A stretch of 40,000 nucleotides of DNA, taken from the sequence record MW879340.1. One strand, written 5' to 3'. The stretch is from Erwinia phage pEa_SNUABM_48. The stretch's first letter is position 1; each line of letters opens with the position of its first letter. The notes under the pieces are model-generated. The model was not told where the DNA came from. It ran no database searches and saw only the letters and a program-made list of their open reading frames with translations. A program made the position numbers and the translations under genes. This document shows positions 36,047-40,000 of the stretch, in pieces.

Positions 36047-37543
36047 ATGGGTTTCGGAACAATGACTGGCGGCTATATTGAGAAAGGTGTTCTGTGTCGT
36101 ACAACGGCGTACCATACTCAGTACCGTCGACCGCTCCACGCTAACTTCGGTCAGAACGTTAACGCGTTGATGGAAGTTACCGCAGGTCACGACTTTAGTA
36201 AAGAACGCCTGGCACCAATTGCTGCTACGTCATTAACCATGGCTACGCAGATTGAAGGTGAGGCAGGTATCGCGGGTGGTTGGAACCAGGAACGTTGCTT
36301 GTTTGCGCTGAAGATCGTGCACTCATCTAACGAAGCGGGTACCATGAAAACTGTACAGTACCTGATGGGTTATACGGATCACATGGGTATCCAGCACGGT
36401 GGTTTCGGCATCGTACAGGGTGGACGTCTGGGTATTGACCCGAACATGCGTCTGTTCTTTAACAGCAGTATTGTGTATCAGGAAATGACCGTACTGAATG
36501 GTTACGGTATGCCTGAGACCACCATCACACCGCTGGCGACTGATCAGCTGTTAACTGGGGTGCAGGGTAGTATGTACGGTCAGTCAACGTACACCATGCG
36601 TCCGGAAGACGTGTACAGCATGATGCATTCACAAGAGCTGGTCAGCTCAGTGAACCGTTATCATCAGAACGCAGCCCAGCCAGGTGCGGGTGCAAACATT
36701 CAGGATGGTCGTGTGATGTTCCAGCCGGGTCAACCGCTGAAGAAGTCATCACGTTCTAACCTGATTCCGTCCAACTACCTGTCGAAGCTGTTGACGAACA
36801 CGTCGAACATTCTCACCACGTATCAGGGCGAACATTCCACCAATCAGGAGACGGCGAACCGTATCTCTTCATCCTTAAGCGAAGGCTACATCAATAACGA
36901 CCAAACGTTGTCGATGTTCCTGTCCCGTACTGGGTTGATTGAAAACGGTTCTATCACGTACCGTGAACTGTGCACGCTGTTTAGCAATGCCGACGCGACA
37001 ATCATTCGTGCCGGTACTGAAAGCCAGAAAGTACAGGGTGCCCAGGGTACCAACAGCGAATACATGAACGGTGCTCAGTGGGACCTGATTATCGCGCAGA
37101 TGTTGCAGAACGTAACGACCGCGCTGATGATGGAAAACTCCCTGAACCGTATCGTTATTCGTGGTGATAACTACACTGCAAGTAATACCACGCAGGGTAT
37201 CGTTGGCGGTACCTTCAAGCTGGACGCTTTGTGGGGTGGTTCGTTTATTGATGGTAAACCAACCGAGTTCGCATGCGAGCAGGTTAAGAACCGTCTGGTC
37301 AGTGAATTCCTGTCAGGGTTCACAGGTCACAACTATGTCCCAATCGGCTTTACTATCCAGGTTAACCTGTATGGTGAATGCGTGGTGGACATCAGCTACA
37401 ACATGCAACCTATCGTTCGCTACGTAACGCCAATGTTTGGCGATTCACTGTTCTCACCGGTACTGACTGAGCAGCGTTCTACGCTGGCTAGCCTCTCCGC
37501 AGAAACTCGTAGCATGACTCACGGCCTGTTTAACGTAATGTAA
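36047..37543 (+). CDS. Large hypothetical protein, possibly virion structural
   Basis: 498 aa; ACTTGTAAGG leader. Confidence 0.9.
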   Translation: MGFGTMTGGYIEKGVLCRTTAYHTQYRRPLHANFGQNVNALMEVTAGHDFSKERLAPIAATSLTMATQIEGEAGIAGGWNQERCLFALKIVHSSNEAGTMKTVQYLMGYTDHMGIQHGGFGIVQGGRLGIDPNMRLFFNSSIVYQEMTVLNGYGMPETTITPLATDQLLTGVQGSMYGQSTYTMRPEDVYSMMHSQELVSSVNRYHQNAAQPGAGANIQDGRVMFQPGQPLKKSSRSNLIPSNYLSKLLTNTSNILTTYQGEHSTNQETANRISSSLSEGYINNDQTLSMFLSRTGLIENGSITYRELCTLFSNADATIIRAGTESQKVQGAQGTNSEYMNGAQWDLIIAQMLQNVTTALMMENSLNRIVIRGDNYTASNTTQGIVGGTFKLDALWGGSFIDGKPTEFACEQVKNRLVSEFLSGFTGHNYVPIGFTIQVNLYGECVVDISYNMQPIVRYVTPMFGDSLFSPVLTEQRSTLASLSAETRSMTHGLFNVM

Positions 37544-37552
37544 GGAATTATC

Positions 37553-39067
37553 ATGGAACTGCTGCAACACTACAAAAGCTTTATCGAATCCGATCCACAG
37601 AACGTGGTTGATGAACGTGGACACGTAATGCGTGAGACCAGTGAAGGTCTTAAGCCGATCATGAAAGAAGGTAAAGAAGTAGTGCTTCCGACTCCTGAGT
37701 TCCTGAAGAACCCGGACTGGAATCGTTACATGCCTTTCCATCCGATGTGTGAGTCTATTGCACGTGGTGAATCGGACATCCTTCAGCTGTCACAAATGCT
37801 GGTACGTATCTCGCTGTGGGATAAAACCATTGACGTGGCTCGTGCGCTGCTGCAAATCGCTGCTGACCCGAACCTGCAAACCAAACTGACTCCGGCACAG
37901 CAAAAGCTGCTGGCATCAATCTCTGATGCAGATGCAACTACGCTGGAGAACTTCGGTAAGATCATCGCGAAGTCTCGTCACGACTACACCGATGGCGTTG
38001 ATCGTCGTATCATCGCAATCTACCTGAAGCGCGGCGGTTCGCAGGACGGTCAGCATTACTCTCGTATGTTTGTCGTACGTTTCCCAATGTACAACGAGCT
38101 GTGTAAAGCAGAAGATGCGAAGGATGCCAAAGAACGTAAAGTGTTTGACGTACAACTGCGTGCGAAAGACATTCCGGTTCTGAAAGCACTGCACGAAACC
38201 ATCTTCCCAGGTGACGAGTCTGCGTACACTATCGGTACCAACTCTAATCTGGCGCCGTACTACACGGTGTTGCTGAACGGCTATGCAAACATGGCTCGCC
38301 AGCTGAACTCTGTTATCAAACCGTTCTCCAAATCGGTGAAAGGTCTGAAGCAGATTGATCTGAGCTGGGATGAAGGCGACAACCTGAGCACCTTCCGTAA
38401 CGCACTGCCGGCGCTGCCGCACAACGAAGGTAGTGACCCAACGGCAGATCCAACGCCAACTGCTCCGGTTGCAGTTCCACAGCAAACGATGGCACAGCCA
38501 GCACCGACCTACGCAACGGCTGCACCAACTACGCTGACTCAACCGCAACAGCCACAACAACCAGCGCCGGCTTCAACTCCGGTAATGGGTAGCAGCGATC
38601 CTAAAGACGCGGCTAATAAAGTGAGCTGGCAGGATCTGAACAAACCGACACAGCCGCAGGCACCGTACGGTGCACCGCAGATGCCTTACGGTTATCCTCA
38701 GCAACCAGGCTACCCAATGCAGCCAGGTTACCCGCAACAACCAATGATGCCGGGTTATCCTCAGCAGCCGATGATGCCTGGCTACCCACAGCAGCAGTTC
38801 GGTCAGCCGCAGGTAAGCTATCAACCAATCATGGCGAATGGTCAACCTCAGCCACCAATGCCGCCGGTACAACAGCCTCAGCAACAACCAGGTCAGGTGG
38901 CTTACGGTGTTCCACAACAACCGATGATGCCACAAGGCTACCCGCAGCAGATGATGCCTCAGGGTTATCCTCAGCAACCGGTAATGCCAGGTTATCCGCA
39001 ACCGATGCCTTACGGTTACGGTCAGCCGCAACAACCAATGGCCGCACCATTCACGTTCGTACGTTAA
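37553..39067 (+). CDS. Protein with Pro/Gln/Tyr-rich repetitive C-terminal domain
   Basis: 504 aa; repeated (M)PGYPQQP units at the C-terminus. Confidence 0.9.
   Translation: MELLQHYKSFIESDPQNVVDERGHVMRETSEGLKPIMKEGKEVVLPTPEFLKNPDWNRYMPFHPMCESIARGESDILQLSQMLVRISLWDKTIDVARALLQIAADPNLQTKLTPAQQKLLASISDADATTLENFGKIIAKSRHDYTDGVDRRIIAIYLKRGGSQDGQHYSRMFVVRFPMYNELCKAEDAKDAKERKVFDVQLRAKDIPVLKALHETIFPGDESAYTIGTNSNLAPYYTVLLNGYANMARQLNSVIKPFSKSVKGLKQIDLSWDEGDNLSTFRNALPALPHNEGSDPTADPTPTAPVAVPQQTMAQPAPTYATAAPTTLTQPQQPQQPAPASTPVMGSSDPKDAANKVSWQDLNKPTQPQAPYGAPQMPYGYPQQPGYPMQPGYPQQPMMPGYPQQPMMPGYPQQQFGQPQVSYQPIMANGQPQPPMPPVQQPQQQPGQVAYGVPQQPMMPQGYPQQMMPQGYPQQPVMPGYPQPMPYGYGQPQQPMAAPFTFVR
38680..39010 (+). 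repeat. Imperfect tandem coding repeat (GYPQQP-type)
   Basis: Repeated ccaggttayccgcaacarcc units encoding [16 protein letters not shown]. Confidence 0.75.
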
Positions 39068-39090
39068 TGCGTAAATCGGCATAACTAAGA

Positions 39091-39134
39091 GGCGATGTGG
39101 GGAAACCCACATTCGCCCCTTTTCATTTTTTGTT
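39091..39134. terminator. Terminator between convergent genes
   Basis: GGCGATGTGGG-gaaa-CCCACATTCGCC then ccttttcattttttg. Confidence 0.8.
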
Positions 39135-39485
39135 TCACTTGTTGGTGTAGTGTAGCGTGATCAACCCTTTCAACACGTCGTCCGATTCATCGATTACCAA
39201 CATTCCGTTCTTCAGGAAGTCCCAGCGCATGGGATCGATGATGTCGTTCAACCGCATAACCAGCCAATGCAGATGAATAGGCACGTTAAACTCCATCAGC
39301 ACCATACGGAAATCACCGCGATCATTATCCTGATCTAACATGCTCGGTGCCTTTTCATTTATTACAACAGTGGCTCGCTGTTTCAGGATAGGCAGGTGTT
39401 TTTCTAACTTGTTACGAAAGATAGGATCGTTGAACAATTCGTTCTGAGCGAATCTGATTTTATTTCTTGCAGTGATTGTCATCAC
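39135..39485 (-). CDS. hypothetical protein
   Basis: 116 aa minus-strand ORF. Confidence 0.8.
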   Translation of the reverse strand: MMTITARNKIRFAQNELFNDPIFRNKLEKHLPILKQRATVVINEKAPSMLDQDNDRGDFRMVLMEFNVPIHLHWLVMRLNDIIDPMRWDFLKNGMLVIDESDDVLKGLITLHYTNK

Positions 39486-39506
39486 AGTGCTCCATAATAG
39501 CTTAGG

Positions 39507-39523
39507 CCTATATCATCTAAGTG
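39507..39523 (+). promoter_or_regulatory. Putative early promoter motif
   Basis: CCTATATCAT-CTAA-GTG. Confidence 0.5.
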
Positions 39524-39557
39524 GAGTAACCAAACTCGTTTGAAAGGATGAACAAGC

Positions 39558-40000
39558 ATGACAACCCCAGTTATTGAGGCAAGTGAATTATCGGCGGATA
39601 TTCTGTCGTCGGTACTGTCACTTAACCCAACCGTCCACGGTGACTCTTCACCTCGTTCTGCAATGTTTGGCGGTCATGCCGGACAGGCGGTAACGATTGA
39701 AGGTTCAACGCCGCGTATGTTGAAAACCGGTCAAGAGTACGAATACGCAAAAGGTACGTTCAAGATCGAAGCACCTTGTGACATGCTGGTCATCGATGTA
39801 ATACAACGCTTTACGGAAACCTTTGGTCGTGGCGGGATTCGTTTGAACCCAGAGACCTTTGTGCTGTATGAGCGTTTAACCGGTAAAACCACAGCATTGC
39901 AGCAGAACTCTAACGTATTCGGTATTCTGCGTATCCCAGCCTATCATACTCGTAACCATGCGTTGGGTTTCAAGTATGTTCAGGACGGTGTAGAGCAGCA
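39558..40000 (+). CDS. 5' part of a CDS running off the window; tentative RNAP beta-like subunit
   Basis: Uninterrupted frame from ATG 39558 after AAAGGATG; SSPRSAMFGGHAGQAV vaguely resembles the beta NQSPRNTYQxAMGKQAMG motif. Confidence 0.3.
   Translation, partial: MTTPVIEASELSADILSSVLSLNPTVHGDSSPRSAMFGGHAGQAVTIEGSTPRMLKTGQEYEYAKGTFKIEAPCDMLVIDVIQRFTETFGRGGIRLNPETFVLYERLTGKTTALQQNSNVFGILRIPAYHTRNHALGFKYVQDGVEQ

Noticed and set aside
36047-37543. Assigning the 498-aa protein as major capsid protein
   Set aside because: No decisive motif; would need a profile or structure search.
38680-39010. CRISPR-like array
   Set aside because: Repeats are in frame, imperfect and contiguous, with no unique spacers; they encode PGYPQQP units.
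38573-39112. Tandem-repeat-like minus-strand ORF (WRHHRLLRI...)
   Set aside because: Reverse complement of the GYPQQP repeat coding region.
1-40000. Integrase, transposase or prophage boundary signals
   Set aside because: No integrase/transposase motifs, inverted-repeat-bounded elements or target duplications were seen; content fits a lytic jumbo phage.

Overview
This 40 kb window is from a jumbo (phiKZ-like, nucleus-forming type) myovirus genome, probably infecting an enterobacterium. Most genes lie on the + strand. Recognisable elements: a DUF2829/Tad2-like candidate anti-defence protein (169-423); a P-loop protein; a class II tRNA-Tyr(GTA) followed by a hairpin-rich untranslated stretch; a BRCT-domain protein; a tubulin/FtsZ-like PhuZ protein (9077-10057); an array of small, tightly packed, possibly paralogous ORFs (11.6-14.7 kb); the C-terminal half of a split family B DNA polymerase (14772-16883); a probable nuclear-shell protein (ChmA/chimallin) candidate (18253-20286); an N-terminal-half RNAP beta'-like subunit with a Zn finger and NADFDGD (20383-21855); a HExxH putative metallopeptidase; a truncated SPFH/stomatin-like membrane protein; a cluster of small membrane proteins; an SbcD/Mre11-like nuclease; an SSB-like protein with a Gly-rich linker and a DSDIPF tip; and several probable structural or nvRNAP-associated proteins. 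Two sequence patterns recur outside the genes. One is a promoter-like motif YCTAYATNAY-N4-GTG (8 sites), related to the phiKZ early promoter TATATTAC. The other is a TTTATGCCG element found immediately 3' of intrinsic terminators, on the strand being terminated, including at all three convergent gene junctions. A third, weaker motif (ACYYGTRAGG) precedes many start codons. Family calls come from motif reading only; no database search was run.
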